Positions 33,706 through 45,987 of a DNA stretch of 64,000 bases are shown piece after piece. The DNA comes from Trypanosoma brucei. Taxonomy: Eukaryota. The DNA lies in assembly GCA_000002445.1 (NCBI GenBank), contig CH464491.1:448001-512000 (forward strand), in the 5' to 3' direction. How positions within the stretch are numbered: the first letter of the stretch is position 1; each line of letters starts with the position of its first letter. The notes under the pieces were generated by a model. That model did no database searches, had not been told where the DNA came from, and was given only the letters and a program-made list of their open reading frames with translations. A program made the position numbers and the translations under genes.

Positions 33706-34284
33706 TTATTCCTTCCCGACGGCTTGCCGGCGTTTTTCGTAGGCTTCCACGAGCGCATCCACCTTTTCATCCAGTGGCATATTATTTAGATCATTCTTTC
33801 GTGCCTCAATCGCCTCTGCCGAGGTTGGAAGAAGCTCAAACTTCCTGCGCTGGAGCGCCTCCACCTCGCGCGCATAGTCGGGGATTTTAAAGTTGTATTG
33901 CTCGTCCATCTTCCGCGTTTCCACAATGGCACTGTCAATGGTATTCACAACGTGACTTAAGTTACGAGCGTTGTGAATACCGAGCGCTGCTTTACCACCA
34001 AAATAGCCTCCTGCCAGCGAAATCCAACTCGCATAGCGCTGGAGCAGTGGCAAGCGCCCGCTCAGCGAAAGACAGATGGCCATCGTTGTTACCATGGAGC
34101 CACCCATATAACCGTAGTTCCAATACGCACTATCAGCAACAGCTTGGTATTGCTCCATAGACTTGAGCACACGCATCCGATTACCTTCAATGAACACATT
34201 AGCCGTGATAAGGGCTTGGGCATCTTTATCAGCGGGACTAATTTTTGTTGTCTGCTTCTGGAGACTAAGCTGTTGCGCCCACAT
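33706..34284 (-). CDS. Small membrane protein, 192 aa, with a glycine-zipper hairpin (GGSMVTTMAICLSLSG ... LAGGYFGGKAALG). Possibly Tim17 or Mic10-like.
   Basis: ORF on the coding strand with two glycine-rich hydrophobic segments. Assignment is tentative. Confidence 0.45.
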   Translation of the reverse strand: MWAQQLSLQKQTTKISPADKDAQALITANVFIEGNRMRVLKSMEQYQAVADSAYWNYGYMGGSMVTTMAICLSLSGRLPLLQRYASWISLAGGYFGGKAALGIHNARNLSHVVNTIDSAIVETRKMDEQYNFKIPDYAREVEALQRRKFELLPTSAEAIEARKNDLNNMPLDEKVDALVEAYEKRRQAVGKE

Positions 34285-34828
34285 GTTTCTTTACTTCTTT
34301 AACCTGCACACCCTACAGGTGTTGTTGTTTACCACAGGGTGATAAGTATTTTATTGACGCTGGCGTGCACTGAAAAACAAAAGAGCTACAAGATGAGCCC
34401 CCGGTTGCGTGCTCACGTATCTTGCCTCCCCCCCCCCCTGCTGCTAGAAACGGTCACGCAGTCGTCCAGAGCTTACGTACGCACAGAACGTGATTAACGC
34501 TTATGGGCACACTGCAATGCTTCTTAAGTAGACAAATGAGGGCGCCCAACACACATTTAAAGTGTCAAAACAAAGGGAGGAAATATGGAAGTGAGGAAAA
34601 CAAAAAGGTGAGGCGACAAGGTTTGAAACGGCGAAACACAAATACAAGTGGACGCAATAGAGCGGATATTCGTTGCAGAATGTACAGCAGCGGCATGAGA
34701 CCCTTACGTGCAGAGGATGTGTGAAGTAATGAATCAAACTAAACCGGATTCTCCAAAACAACACCTTCGCTCAACCAACTCCCCTCCTCTGCGGTTCCTT
34801 GTGAAGGAACCAGATCAAGAAAACGATA

Positions 34829-37324
34829 CTACTCTGCCTCAACGGTTGTTTCACCCAGCATCCACGTTTGAAGCGGGTGATACGGCACTTGCGGGTGGTC
34901 GGGAGTATACACGCCAAGTGCACGCCAGTCATGTTTGAGTGCACCGCGACTAAATCCGGGAGCAAGATTTCGCGCGGTAACATGATACTTGTCAAAGAGT
35001 GGTTTGTCCCTTCGATACACGAAACGGGCACGTATGGGATTGTAGTACTGTAGGGTGCACTTACGGTCGCGTACCGGTGTCCTGAGTCGAACGTTATGAG
35101 TCACCAACCTCAGTTCCTTGCTGTGAAGTGAACTCAGTAAAGGCGCACCCTTGTCATAGAGGGAGCGGGATGAAACTAGTAGATTATGTCCACCTTTGAG
35201 AAAACGATAAGGGGTGCGCGCAGTGCAGTTACTGTGCATCAACGTATGAACCTTCACTAACGGCAACTCACGGGCCAAGAACGCGGCAACTGTCCAAAGC
35301 ATAAGGTCTTCATCACAATATGCACCGGCATCATGTAAAAGTATCTCCTCGCTAAACGGAAGGAGAACAGCGCGACCCTTCTCCAACTCGTAGCTGACTA
35401 TCTCGAGGGCGCGGGCGCATGCAATACGTTCCTTCATGCTGGGGCTCGTAAGGGATTTCACTGAAAGTGCTCGCAGGCACGACATGGTGACAATCAAACT
35501 GTCCTTCCCGCTAGGCAGGCGCCGCACGGCGGACACGAGCTGATCGGTCGATGTTGCCATTAGGGACGAGTGTAAAATAAACACAGAGTCAATGCTATTC
35601 AAATACTCTAGCTGAGAGAGCATTGTCATGAGCGGGCGCTTCAGTTTAGGAGCGGTGGCAATCGCTCCACTGTTCCCGGGGAGCGATGAGGTCAAAGGGT
35701 TCAAAGCATTTCTCTCGTTGCTCATAAGCATCTGTACCTGCACATCACGTAACGACGAAGGAATGCGCGAGGTAATCACAGACTGTTCCACACGCAGGCG
35801 ATCGGCCACAAGAGAGCAGTGAAGAAAGGAATTCAAAATGCGGTAGTCAAACAAATTCTGTGTGGCAAACGTATGAGCCACCCCTTTGTCAACCAACGAA
35901 AGGAGAAACTCAGAGCCACTCTCTAGTAGGCCTAAAAGGGTAACTTTATCAGCCTTCACAGAAGCATTGTCAATGGCCTCCTGCAACAAACAGAGCGCTC
36001 TCTTCTTTGTGGGAGTATCCTTAGTGCGGGAAACAGCGGCAAAGAAGTCTGGACCACGGGGAGACGCTGTATCCGACAAAAGGAGCTGCAGAATTTCGTT
36101 GTTACCCGCGTCGCACAACACAGTTACGAGATACATGCGCTCCACGATGGCCCAGTCATGCGCACCCCACGACCCCGAAATGTCATTGCGCACGCGGCGA
36201 AGAAAGGCGTCTGTTATGGTCTTAAAAACATCACCAACAGCCTTTCCGCCGGGCATCACCCCACAAAACCCACTGAGGAGGTCAACCATTTGCTCCCTAG
36301 TACACAAATCAAGCATTGTAGGGATCCGGCCGTCATCCTCCACTCGCAATAGTTCCACCATGAAATCATAAAGCTCCTCCCCGGTTCCCCAGAACGCTGT
36401 GGAGTGGTTAACCCCTATCGCATGTCTGTAATCAGCCCGATTGGAAGGGGCATGATCGGAAAACGTGAACCATTTATTTGGTTCAAACACTTTAATAAGT
36501 GCCATGAACTGAAGTACCTGGATGAACAATGCTGGACTAGCAGACAGTCGCCACGGTTGCTCCCGCACCAACGCTATTGTTGTCGCGTCCACCAGGTTGA
36601 CGTAGGCAGGAAGTAGAGAATTGGGGACGTAGTACGGCCTGCCAAACTTGGAAACCTTCACGGTTAGGAAATTAAGTCCCCGTCCGTCCACAGAAAAAGG
36701 GGCACTAATGGCTGTGAACATCCGTAACAGCTCCTCATCGCTGCGGAAGGACACAGTGGAAGCCATGTCCGCTAGAGCCGCCACCCGCGATTCTATTTGC
36801 GGACGATCTTCAAACTGGGCCACAAGCTCCTCAATAGAACGCGTGCAATGCAGACGATCTATCAAAGGGTAATCTCTTGATACTACGTAGCCCCTCATCT
36901 CCTCCTCATGAGAACATGGACTCATCGTTTGTGATGGAAACCTTGAATCCGCTGCCGGGGTTGTAACATCCTCGGTGTGTCTCTCTGTGATAGCTATTGC
37001 CATGTTACCGTCCCCTTTGCCACTGGTGGCAAATTGATTCTCTTCTTGTAAGGTTTCCTGCAGCAAAACCTCAGTAGCGGCCAACCTACTCCCACGCCGC
37101 CGCTCCTTCGCCGCCTCAATGTCGGGAATGTTCCGCAACCTTACGGGCCCGTACTCCAAGCTTTCGTCGAACTTCGGCAGAGGAAAGGGAGTAAAGTTGT
37201 CTTCCAGATGTTTGGGCTGCATGCTCTCCGGTATTGGTCTATAGCGCACGGTGTTGTGTCCTGAGTCCCGCTCGAACCGCAAACGCAGCGCCACGCTCGA
37301 CGTGAGGGCAAAGCGTCGTAACAT
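34829..37324 (-). CDS. Hypothetical 831-aa protein with an N-terminal mitochondrial-presequence-like segment (MLRRFALTSSVALRLRF).
   Basis: Uninterrupted ORF on the coding strand. The overlapping plus-strand ORFs are short. Confidence 0.6.
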   Translation of the reverse strand: MLRRFALTSSVALRLRFERDSGHNTVRYRPIPESMQPKHLEDNFTPFPLPKFDESLEYGPVRLRNIPDIEAAKERRRGSRLAATEVLLQETLQEENQFATSGKGDGNMAIAITERHTEDVTTPAADSRFPSQTMSPCSHEEEMRGYVVSRDYPLIDRLHCTRSIEELVAQFEDRPQIESRVAALADMASTVSFRSDEELLRMFTAISAPFSVDGRGLNFLTVKVSKFGRPYYVPNSLLPAYVNLVDATTIALVREQPWRLSASPALFIQVLQFMALIKVFEPNKWFTFSDHAPSNRADYRHAIGVNHSTAFWGTGEELYDFMVELLRVEDDGRIPTMLDLCTREQMVDLLSGFCGVMPGGKAVGDVFKTITDAFLRRVRNDISGSWGAHDWAIVERMYLVTVLCDAGNNEILQLLLSDTASPRGPDFFAAVSRTKDTPTKKRALCLLQEAIDNASVKADKVTLLGLLESGSEFLLSLVDKGVAHTFATQNLFDYRILNSFLHCSLVADRLRVEQSVITSRIPSSLRDVQVQMLMSNERNALNPLTSSLPGNSGAIATAPKLKRPLMTMLSQLEYLNSIDSVFILHSSLMATSTDQLVSAVRRLPSGKDSLIVTMSCLRALSVKSLTSPSMKERIACARALEIVSYELEKGRAVLLPFSEEILLHDAGAYCDEDLMLWTVAAFLARELPLVKVHTLMHSNCTARTPYRFLKGGHNLLVSSRSLYDKGAPLLSSLHSKELRLVTHNVRLRTPVRDRKCTLQYYNPIRARFVYRRDKPLFDKYHVTARNLAPGFSRGALKHDWRALGVYTPDHPQVPYHPLQTWMLGETTVEAE

Positions 37325-37982
37325 CGTTCTTCTCCTACTTTCCTTTTTATCGCTTTACTTCTCACCTTCTTCTTCACCCCTTCTCACCAGCCACACACTC
37401 TTTCACCTGTAAATAGAGAAAAAAATGTTTGGCCGCCTTCACTTAAGGAATCGCAGTCCCCACCAAAACGCACAAACAAGGTTTGAAGAGGCAACAACAG
37501 CAGTAAATGCAACAGCAACAGCAACAGCTCGTACATATTGAAACGAAGACATATAAAGCTTAGGCAAAGAAGAAGCGATAAGCGAAACTAGGAATAGGAA
37601 CGCAGAAACGAGAACACGCGAATCGTACCGCGACTGCCTTCTTATACAGGCTTTTTTTTTTTGAATACAATCCCTCCGGGTGGGAAAGGGAAGGGAATAT
37701 GGAATATGGGCAAGCACACGCGTCATCCACCCCTTTGGGAACCTTTTACCTTCTCATTCCCAACACGCATAGGCACTCGTAGCGGAGCCCGAGGGTGAAA
37801 CGTGTGCACCCTCTAACTCAGTGCAAACACCCTGCACACACCTCAAAAAAGGTCCGCCATTTTAAAAAAACAAAAGCAAACAGAAGCGTCAACGACAACG
37901 ACAACACGAATTCGCATAAACTCAAATGGCCATAAATGAACACACCGCGGCGGTGGCACTGGGAAAGTGCGGTGCAGTGCGC

Positions 37983-39131
37983 CTACGACAACCTGCGGTA
38001 TAATACAACAAGGGCAAGTAATGCAACAGCAACAATCACCCGGTTCCCCAGCAAGCCGCCAAGGAACACTCTGAAAAACGGTAGCAAATCTTTTGAGTTC
38101 GCTTCCGGACCGTCCCCCGCACCCAAATAAAACCCTGTCTTCGTGAGGGTAAATTTTTGACCCTGACGATGCTTTGGTGTCCGCTCCTTTTTTTTGCTAC
38201 TGGCATTCCCGACTCCAGTTTGAGGGCCAGTAGTCACCTTCTTGTGATCATGCACATGTCGCTCAAACCATTCAACCTCCTCCTTAATTAAACGCACTAA
38301 ATTTGCCTCATACGCCACATGCTCCTCCAAAAGGAATTTGATGTCCTCCACTGGCCCGGGGTACAAAATTCGACTGTGCAGCTGCTTTATACTTCCATCG
38401 CACAACTCAGCTAACTCCTCCACATGCAATTTAGCCTCCTTCAAGGCAGCGGCAGACCGCTGGCTGTCGGATCCCATGAGTTTTCGTGCTTCGTTTGCCG
38501 CCATGAGGTGCTGGTCCACGAGAGAGGCAGTGAATAACAGACTTTGTCGGTTGTCGTGTTCAATCACCTTAGCCGCATACTGCGCCTGCTTTGCAGACAG
38601 CATGAGAAAAAACATAAAGCACAAAAAAAAGAACAGGAATATCAGTATGCCCGTAACATGCCACTTCTGACAAACACCAAACACTGTTCCAGGTATGGAA
38701 TTTGCAACCCGCAGAAATGCATCACCACAAGCCGCTAGTTTACCCATAAAACTCGATGAGTCCTCCTCCTCGCCCACATCGCTATCACCTTCAGGCTGTT
38801 CAGCAGCCGTAACAAGCTGCCTCATTCCGTTTCTTCCATCAGAAGAGCCTTCCTTCTCGCTTTCGCTATCGTCTGTACGCACGTATAGTGTCTTCGTACC
38901 ACCACCACGTCTGCGCCGCTGCACACGTGGGGGACTTTGGTACTGTTGGTTGTACCCCGATTGCGGCAGAACCCGGGGGGTTGGATCCGTAAACGTTAGC
39001 GGGGCCTTGACGTACAATACCTCACGCTCGCCCTGGTTATTGTCAACGATATCATTTGTTCGGGGTCGCCTGGAAACCGCCTCTACGGGGGCATCACGCA
39101 AAGAGTTGCGCTGTCCACTCATTTCTAACAC
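37983..39131 (-). CDS. Hypothetical 382-aa protein with a central coiled-coil, a central TM segment (GILIFLFFFLCFMFFLML) and a C-terminal TM anchor (VIVAVALLALVVLY).
   Basis: ORF on the coding strand with hydrophobic segments read from the translation. Confidence 0.5.
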   Translation of the reverse strand: MLEMSGQRNSLRDAPVEAVSRRPRTNDIVDNNQGEREVLYVKAPLTFTDPTPRVLPQSGYNQQYQSPPRVQRRRRGGGTKTLYVRTDDSESEKEGSSDGRNGMRQLVTAAEQPEGDSDVGEEEDSSSFMGKLAACGDAFLRVANSIPGTVFGVCQKWHVTGILIFLFFFLCFMFFLMLSAKQAQYAAKVIEHDNRQSLLFTASLVDQHLMAANEARKLMGSDSQRSAAALKEAKLHVEELAELCDGSIKQLHSRILYPGPVEDIKFLLEEHVAYEANLVRLIKEEVEWFERHVHDHKKVTTGPQTGVGNASSKKKERTPKHRQGQKFTLTKTGFYLGAGDGPEANSKDLLPFFRVFLGGLLGNRVIVAVALLALVVLYRRLS

Positions 39132-39900
39132 GCTGCACCTTTGCTCTCGACCCCTTTACGTCACCTTGCGTTCACACGCTCTTGAGTGACTTCTTCTCCG
39201 CTTTACCCTTTTCCCTACAATTCTTATCCCTTCTTCTGTCCGTTTCGTACCGGCCGTGCCGGCAACCTCACTGCCGCAAAACGTACGACACCGTACGTGC
39301 ACCGTTACAACTGGTGCGGTCCAGTCGGACTGCGGACACTTAACAGGAAAAAAAAAGGAAACAAAAGAAAAAAGGGAGAGTTGAGGGAACATTCACTTTA
39401 CTTACGTGAAGAAACAAGTTTAGACAAAAGAATATATATATGCATATACGTGCATACGCCAAGGTATTATTGAACTTCCACTTAACACCAAACAGATGAA
39501 GGGGCCAAGCGTGCCTTTACACGAAATCATAAAAAGCTTATTTCAGAAGCCGATACGACTATGAAATGATAAAAAGCTTATGAATGTAAGGACGGCAAGC
39601 ACTTCGCCGAGGTGGTCCAAAACAATTCGAAGTGGCCATATTATTTGTATTCCCGTCCGTGCGTTATATGTATGTCTCCTCCCATGTTCCATTACAACTA
39701 ACGGAGTATCAATAGCGGAAGGTACTCATTCCTTAACAACACACCCCCAGACGCCTGAATTCCCACTTGTGCGATACAAAATATAAACTACGTTCATCAG
39801 GCAACAAAAAAAGAAAAGGAACAAAGGATCCGAGACGCGTGTGGTGGAGGGCCCACAACGTGCAATGTACCAACAACGACGTGCAGTGAACGCCCCGCTG

Positions 39901-40317
39901 TCATTCCTCACACTCTTCCTCTAAAAGACGCTGCGCGCGACGCCGAGCACGGTGAGCAGCGTCAATAAGCGGCTTGTAGCCGATGTCGACAACTTGGCCA
40001 TGTTCATTCCGCACGTACGTATATTGCGCGGCCCTTTGTGCGATATCTGAGTCCGAGTCGCGAAAATACATTACGTAAACCAAATAACTTGAAAAGGAGA
40101 GAGCACTACCAAGCCATATGCCCTGCAGCAACTTCCAGCGCCAGCCATACTGCCAGGCTGGGGGAAGATATGGTCGGAGTTGACGGAAAAAATAACCCCC
40201 TGCACTTTTCGGCAGATCAGGCATGCGTGAACGAGTCATTTGTTGCCCTTTTCGCCGGCGTCGCTCAACCTTCGGCAGTGCTGCCCAAAAAGTCGAACAC
40301 CGGAGCATGGTGTGCAA
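39901..40317 (-). CDS. Small hypothetical membrane protein, 138 aa or shorter if initiated at an internal Met. It has one TM segment (IWLGSALSFSSYLVYVMYF).
   Basis: Short ORF on the coding strand with good spacing from its neighbours. Weak support. Confidence 0.3.
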   Translation of the reverse strand: MHTMLRCSTFWAALPKVERRRRKGQQMTRSRMPDLPKSAGGYFFRQLRPYLPPAWQYGWRWKLLQGIWLGSALSFSSYLVYVMYFRDSDSDIAQRAAQYTYVRNEHGQVVDIGYKPLIDAAHRARRRAQRLLEEECEE

Positions 40318-40995
40318 CTCCGATAGAGAAATATACGCGTGAATTCTCAGATGCCTGAAGAAAAAACGGAGGTGTGTTCCCCTCCTACAGTCTTAACAGA
40401 GTACCACGGGGAGTAGAGGAACAGAAACCAAGGTGTACGCAAGTTTTCTCTTTCGGCAAAACGGTACCTCTCACCTAATCCCCCATGCATTAACAGACGG
40501 CAAAGAGGGGCAAGATATGTTACCTCCTCTCACAGCGCCTTCTCAACTAACGGCGAGACAGGGAAACAATCAACGGATGAAAAGGGGTCGGGAAAAATTG
40601 ATGGTGCAGAAATTCTTGGAAACCCTGGTTGTGTTGGCACAGCGTCGAAGATCAACAGTGCTAGATGGAACGACAAAGGAGCAAGCAATCAACGCCCTCT
40701 TTAATATACTTAACCCTAACACGTAATGCGGAAAGGGGTGATTCCAGCGAGAGTGAATGGATACGCGGCACTTTCCCCCACCTCCCCCCCCCCTCTTCCC
40801 CTGACCAGCGTTTGTAAAAAATGGAATGGTAACTTTAGCGGAACTTGTGATTTGCAACTCTCTGGGGCATAAGAGGATGAGATAACTACCGGGGGACACG
40901 CCACCCACTTCATAAACCAGAGCTACCGCCTAATCTTCCCCATCCGGTCTCTTCGTTAAACCATCATGAGGAAGAATAGCGCCTTCTCATAATTT

Positions 40996-42984
40996 TCAGC
41001 AAGGGCCCTTCGCATCTCGGGCCAGCTGCTTGTGCAGTATTTCATAATCCATTCTGTCCTTTGCTGAAACAGATGGCTTGACTTTAGACATGCTGACTTC
41101 GAAGTCCTCCATGGTAACGGAGGGCAGCTGCGCATTCGCCACTGCCTCACCACTGGCGTCTCGTTCCATTTGCTCCAGCATCTCCTCGGTGGCGCCACGG
41201 TAGATATTCTTTAGCGCATGCAAGGAGGCCTCCCGCATAAGTGCGGCCAAGTCGGCACCACTAAACCCCTGGAGGCGCTCATCGCGGGCAATACTCGGGA
41301 GATCCACCGACGCGTCAATTGGATAACGGCGTGCATGTGTTTCTAGAATAGAGGCACGCTGCTCCACGGAGGGAAGTGGAACATACAGCATTTTGTCCAG
41401 GCGCCCAGGACGAAGCATAGCCGGATCAATCATATCTGGACGGTTAGTAGCCCCAATGACATACACACTTTCACGTCCCTCCACACCATCCATTTCTGTC
41501 AGCAACTGGTTTACAACGCGCTCACTGCTTGGGTTTGCCCGATCGGAGCCGCGCCGTGGAGCGAGGGCATCCAGCTCATCAAAGAAGAGAACACAAGGAG
41601 CACTTGCACGACCACGAGCAAAAACCATGCGCACACTCCGCTCACTCTCACCAACAAATTTATTCAGCAACTCAGGTCCTTTAATGGATATAAAATTGGC
41701 GCCTGACTGGTTGGCTATAGCCTTTGCCACCAGTGTTTTGCCACAACCTGGCGGGCCGTAGAGCAGCACACCAACTGGATGATCCAACCCAAACCGTCGG
41801 TGAAGCTTTGGCGACCGAATTGGCTGGAGAATGCTGGTGATAAGCTCTTCGCGAACATCCTCAAGAGCACCAATATCATCCCATGTTACGTTGGGGATCG
41901 TCGTGAAGCCCTCCCTCATTGCGCTTGGCTGCACGCGCTTGACGGCCTCCTTCATATTGTCACGTGTCACGACAAAAGACACGAGTTCCTCGGCGTTGGG
42001 ATCGTCCAGTTTATTCTTTTCCTCCAGTTCGTTGTGCTTCTGCCGGATTGCAAGAATGCATGCCTCTTTGACCAGCAGGTGAAGATCTGCACCAACGTAA
42101 CCGGGTGTCATGTTCGCCAGTTCGAAAAAGTCCACGTCCTCTGCCAAATGAAGCTTCTGACAAATTATTTTTAAGATACTGTGCCGTTCGTCGATGGTGG
42201 GGATGCCAAGAGAGATTTCACGATCGAAACGTCCCGCACGGCGCAAGGCGGTATCAAGTGCCTCTGGACGATTCGTAGCCCCCATTACACAAACAACTTT
42301 GTTATGTTGCCGCCACGCCTGGGCAACCTGATCCATGCATGTCAGAAGTTGTCCGACGATGCGGCTTTCCATACCCCGCTGCGCTTGATCGCGACGACCT
42401 GCAATGGTGTCAACCTCATCAATGAATACAATGCTTGGAGCCGCGCTTATGGCATCTAGAAAAAGGTTACGCAGTTTGGCCTCGCTATCACCGCTGATGC
42501 CAGAGACAATTTCGGGAGCGGACACGAAAAAGAGTGGGACTTGCAGGGACCCTGAAATGGCATGCACAAGCTTCGTTTTCCCGCACCCCGGTGGTCCATG
42601 GAGCAGCACACCGCAGGGCGGATCGGCGCCTAAGCGGCTGAATAAATGGGGAGAGCGGATGGGCAATTCAATTAGTTCTTTAATTATTGGAATTTCTCTT
42701 GCAAGCCCGCCCATGTCATCGAGGGTAATACCCGGGATGACGCCGAGCCTTTCGGGTGTGTCTTCCTCACCTCCATCATCGTCTTGTTTGGTTTCCGCAC
42801 GTTTCCGTTTCCTGGAACCCTCCAATCCGTTATCGTCACCACCATTTCTTCGACTACGTTCTGTGAAGTTGCTCTTTTCCCCGCGATCCCTTTCATGGAT
42901 GCCATTTCCCCGTTGAGAAGAGCCATGGAAATACCGGTCGCTTTGCCGTCTCTTCTGCCTGAGCCGCCGCATCTGGTCAGACAT
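40996..42984 (-). CDS. NVL/Rix7-like (nuclear VCP-like) type-II AAA+ ATPase with two AAA domains and a basic N-terminal NLS-like region. The start is taken at [14 protein letters not shown]. The ORF track extends to 43146 through a hydrophobic, low-complexity run.
   Basis: D1: [13 protein letters not shown]...IVFIDEVD...GATNRP...[9 protein letters not shown]. D2: [44 protein letters not shown]...[15 protein letters not shown]...[21 protein letters not shown]. This is a CDC48/NVL family signature, and the absence of a CDC48 N-domain favours NVL. Confidence 0.85.
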   Translation of the reverse strand: [662 protein letters not shown]

Positions 42985-44110
42985 ATCCCACAGCGGGAAA
43001 TATTTTCTAACAGTCACCGTAACAGTGACCAGCGGTAAATTAAAAATAAGTAAATAAATGTGATATACGGTAAAGGCATATAACCACAACAAAGAGGTAG
43101 ATGAAAGGCCCTCCATCGCGGCGATGGAGGGGTTCGCCAGACGCAAAAATGGGTAAAACAGCTGCGCGACTGGGAATCTCTTCCACTCGAAGTAATAAGT
43201 TATAACTGAAGAAAAATATTACGACTGGGGGCACAAACGTTTCACAAGATTGCTCTCAGCAATAGTGGTGTGTGCATGAAAACGTGCACATGTAAAAAGA
43301 AAAAAGAGTTGGGTTACAAACCCTCGCTTACAACGTAAGGAGTGTCTTGGCCCGAAACGATGTCTTGGTTGGAAAGGTACAACCCAATTTTCTTTTCCTT
43401 TTTTTTTTCCGATCGCTGAGAAAACTAACACCTCTTACAGTCCACCTCGTGACTTAACCAAACAGACGAAAAAAAAAAGAAAAATGTCGTAACCCCTAGA
43501 ACACTGGGGGCAACGGAATCATCGCTATTCAAAACTTGAAGCGCACAAAACTGCAGAAAGTAAAGAAAACAGCCGAAAGGCATGTGTACTACACTCCCGT
43601 AAGAAAGACCTCCATTACAGGAGTAGGAAATTTTAAAACAGTGATAACACAAATGTGCGAGGAGCAATAACCCGCACCTCACCTTCCCTTTTGCACATGC
43701 ACCCGAGAAATGAGGAGCCAGACATACTACACAGCTATGAAGCGGTGACATGAACTCGGAAGTTAAAAGATTTCCCTACCCGTGTCCTCCACACCAAAAA
43801 ATGGAGGAAAGAAAAAAAAACACGACGAACACGTATCAGCACTTCTCCTACGCTTACTTCTCCTCCTCTTCACAGTCCACTGGTCGTTAGTCGCCTCATC
43901 GGTATCCTTTCCCTGTATCATACAAATTTAACTTCCATCACTACAACAGAAAAAATGATGAGAAGCAAAACCCTAAAAAAAAAAAAACAGACATGTCACT
44001 GTCCGTTTGCGCTTCCCTTGTTGTACTGTTTTTAATAACAGTGGTTTTAACAATGGTATGAAATGATTCAACACCAGCGCTCTCTCATCACTCCTTTGAG
44101 AACCAGAAGA

Positions 44111-45424
44111 CTACCGCCACTCCACGTCTTTAAGGCTCTTTCCTTCCATCAGCAAGTCCCACAGTGGCGACATTTCACGCAACCTTTCCACAGTGCGGGC
44201 ACACTCCTCAACCGTAACATCCACCTCTCGCTCAGTAGTGAAGCGACCGATACCAAATCGAATGGAGGTGTGTGCATTCTCAGCATCAATACCGAGTGCA
44301 CGCAAAACATAACTTGGCTCTAGAGAGGCGCTTGTGCATGCACTTCCACTCGAGACCGCTACCTTCTTCATGCCCATTAGTAAACTCTCACCTTCCACAC
44401 AGGCAAAGCTAATGTTAAGGTTTCCGTGAAATCGGCGCTCAACATCACCATTGAGTGTGATGTGTGTTAAGCGCTTCTGCAAACCCTCCCATAATCGCTT
44501 ACTAAGTTGGGCGATGCGCTCTGAATCACGCTTCATCTCTACCTTTGCTAGCTCACACGCTGCACCCAATCCCACTGCAAGTGGTGTGGCTATAGTGCCG
44601 CTACGCACACCACGCTCCTGTCCACCACCACTCACTGGTGATCGCACACGGACGCGCGGACGGCGTCGCATGTAGAGGGCACCGCAGCCCTTCGGTCCGT
44701 ATATTTTGTGCGAGGATACTGACATGAGGTCAATGTTATCCCGATCCACATCAATATCCAACTTTCCCACCGCCTGCGCGGCGTCAGTATGAAAGAGGAC
44801 CTTCTTTTTCCTGCATATCTTCCCGATTTCGCCAATGGGTTGAATCACACCAATTTCATTGTTCACATACATGCAAGAAACGAGCGCTGTTGTGGGACGG
44901 ATAGCTTCCTCAAGTTTCTGTAGGTTCACAATCCCATTTTTTTCAACGGGAAGGTACGTTACCTCGAAACCCTCCATTTCCAAGTAGCGGCAGGAGTCCA
45001 AAACACACTTGTGTTCTGTTTGAAGGGTTATGAGGTGGTTTTTCTTTTCTTTGTTGTAGTTGGCTACACCTTTTATGGCAATATTGTTGGACTCCGTTGC
45101 GCCGCTAGTAAAAAAAACACCCTTGGGACTCGCTCGAATTAAATCTGCCACTTGCGTCCGCGCCTTCTCAACGGCCTCCTCAGCAGTCCAACCATAACTG
45201 TGTGTACGGCTGTGTGGGTTGCCATACATTTCAGTCATGTAAGGCAGCATCTTATCGAGTACCCGTGGATCTAACGGAGTTGTTGACTGCAGATCCAAAT
45301 ATAGCGGTCGTGGATCCCTTTTAAAAGGCCTTCCAGCGGAGCCTCCAACCGACGAGACTCCCTGACTGATGGCTGATGCGGAGCCACAAGCCGCGCAAAG
45401 AAGTACGCGAACACCACTAAACAT
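44111..45424 (-). CDS. NFS1: Cysteine desulfurase (NFS1/IscS type), mitochondrial.
   Basis: YLDLQSTTPLDPRVLDKMLPYM...NPHSRTHSYGW, the PLP-lysine region SSHKIYGPKGCGALY, and the active-site loop SGGGQERGVRSGT. Confidence 0.9.
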   Translation of the reverse strand: MFSGVRVLLCAACGSASAISQGVSSVGGSAGRPFKRDPRPLYLDLQSTTPLDPRVLDKMLPYMTEMYGNPHSRTHSYGWTAEEAVEKARTQVADLIRASPKGVFFTSGATESNNIAIKGVANYNKEKKNHLITLQTEHKCVLDSCRYLEMEGFEVTYLPVEKNGIVNLQKLEEAIRPTTALVSCMYVNNEIGVIQPIGEIGKICRKKKVLFHTDAAQAVGKLDIDVDRDNIDLMSVSSHKIYGPKGCGALYMRRRPRVRVRSPVSGGGQERGVRSGTIATPLAVGLGAACELAKVEMKRDSERIAQLSKRLWEGLQKRLTHITLNGDVERRFHGNLNISFACVEGESLLMGMKKVAVSSGSACTSASLEPSYVLRALGIDAENAHTSIRFGIGRFTTEREVDVTVEECARTVERLREMSPLWDLLMEGKSLKDVEWR

Positions 45425-45987
45425 TTCTTTTTAGACGATGCTTTTGGTTCTTTATATATTTTTTTTATTTTTATTTTTATTTTTTAAGGATGGAGGAAAA
45501 ATTGTTGCGGGCAAGGTGAGAGGTTGCGAAGACTGTATCAAGTAAAAAAAAACCATAAAGAAATTATGGTCACTAGGGAAGGACACAACAACAGAGACAC
45601 AAATAAAAACCGCAGAGAGGGGGAAGCATACGAGAAAAAAAAATAGAAATCAGAGTGGAACACGAGGGGGCGGCCAGCAAGCTCCCACGCAAAAAAAAAA
45701 AATTATGTTGAATACACCGAACCCGCCTCCATAGCGGCGCACAAAGCGGGGAAGCCATCGCCTTAAAAACTGCGAATAGGGCGGCATGTGAACGATACTT
45801 CGCTAACGACACGAAGAAACAACGGGGAAATAACGCGGGTGAAAACAACAATAACAACGCATTATGTTGCTGGGTCAACTGATCCATCGAACACGCCACC
45901 TTCACGCACGCCCCAACGCACCTTTCCCTCTTTCCTCCTCCTTCTACTCTCCCTAATCTATCATGCAGATATTCCCACTAAACTGCC

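Noticed and set aside
43040-43146. N-terminal 54 codons of the ORF-track call for the NVL-like gene.
   Set aside because: This stretch is hydrophobic and includes a TVTVTV run, unlike NVL. The conserved protein begins at the [10 protein letters not shown] methionine at 42984.
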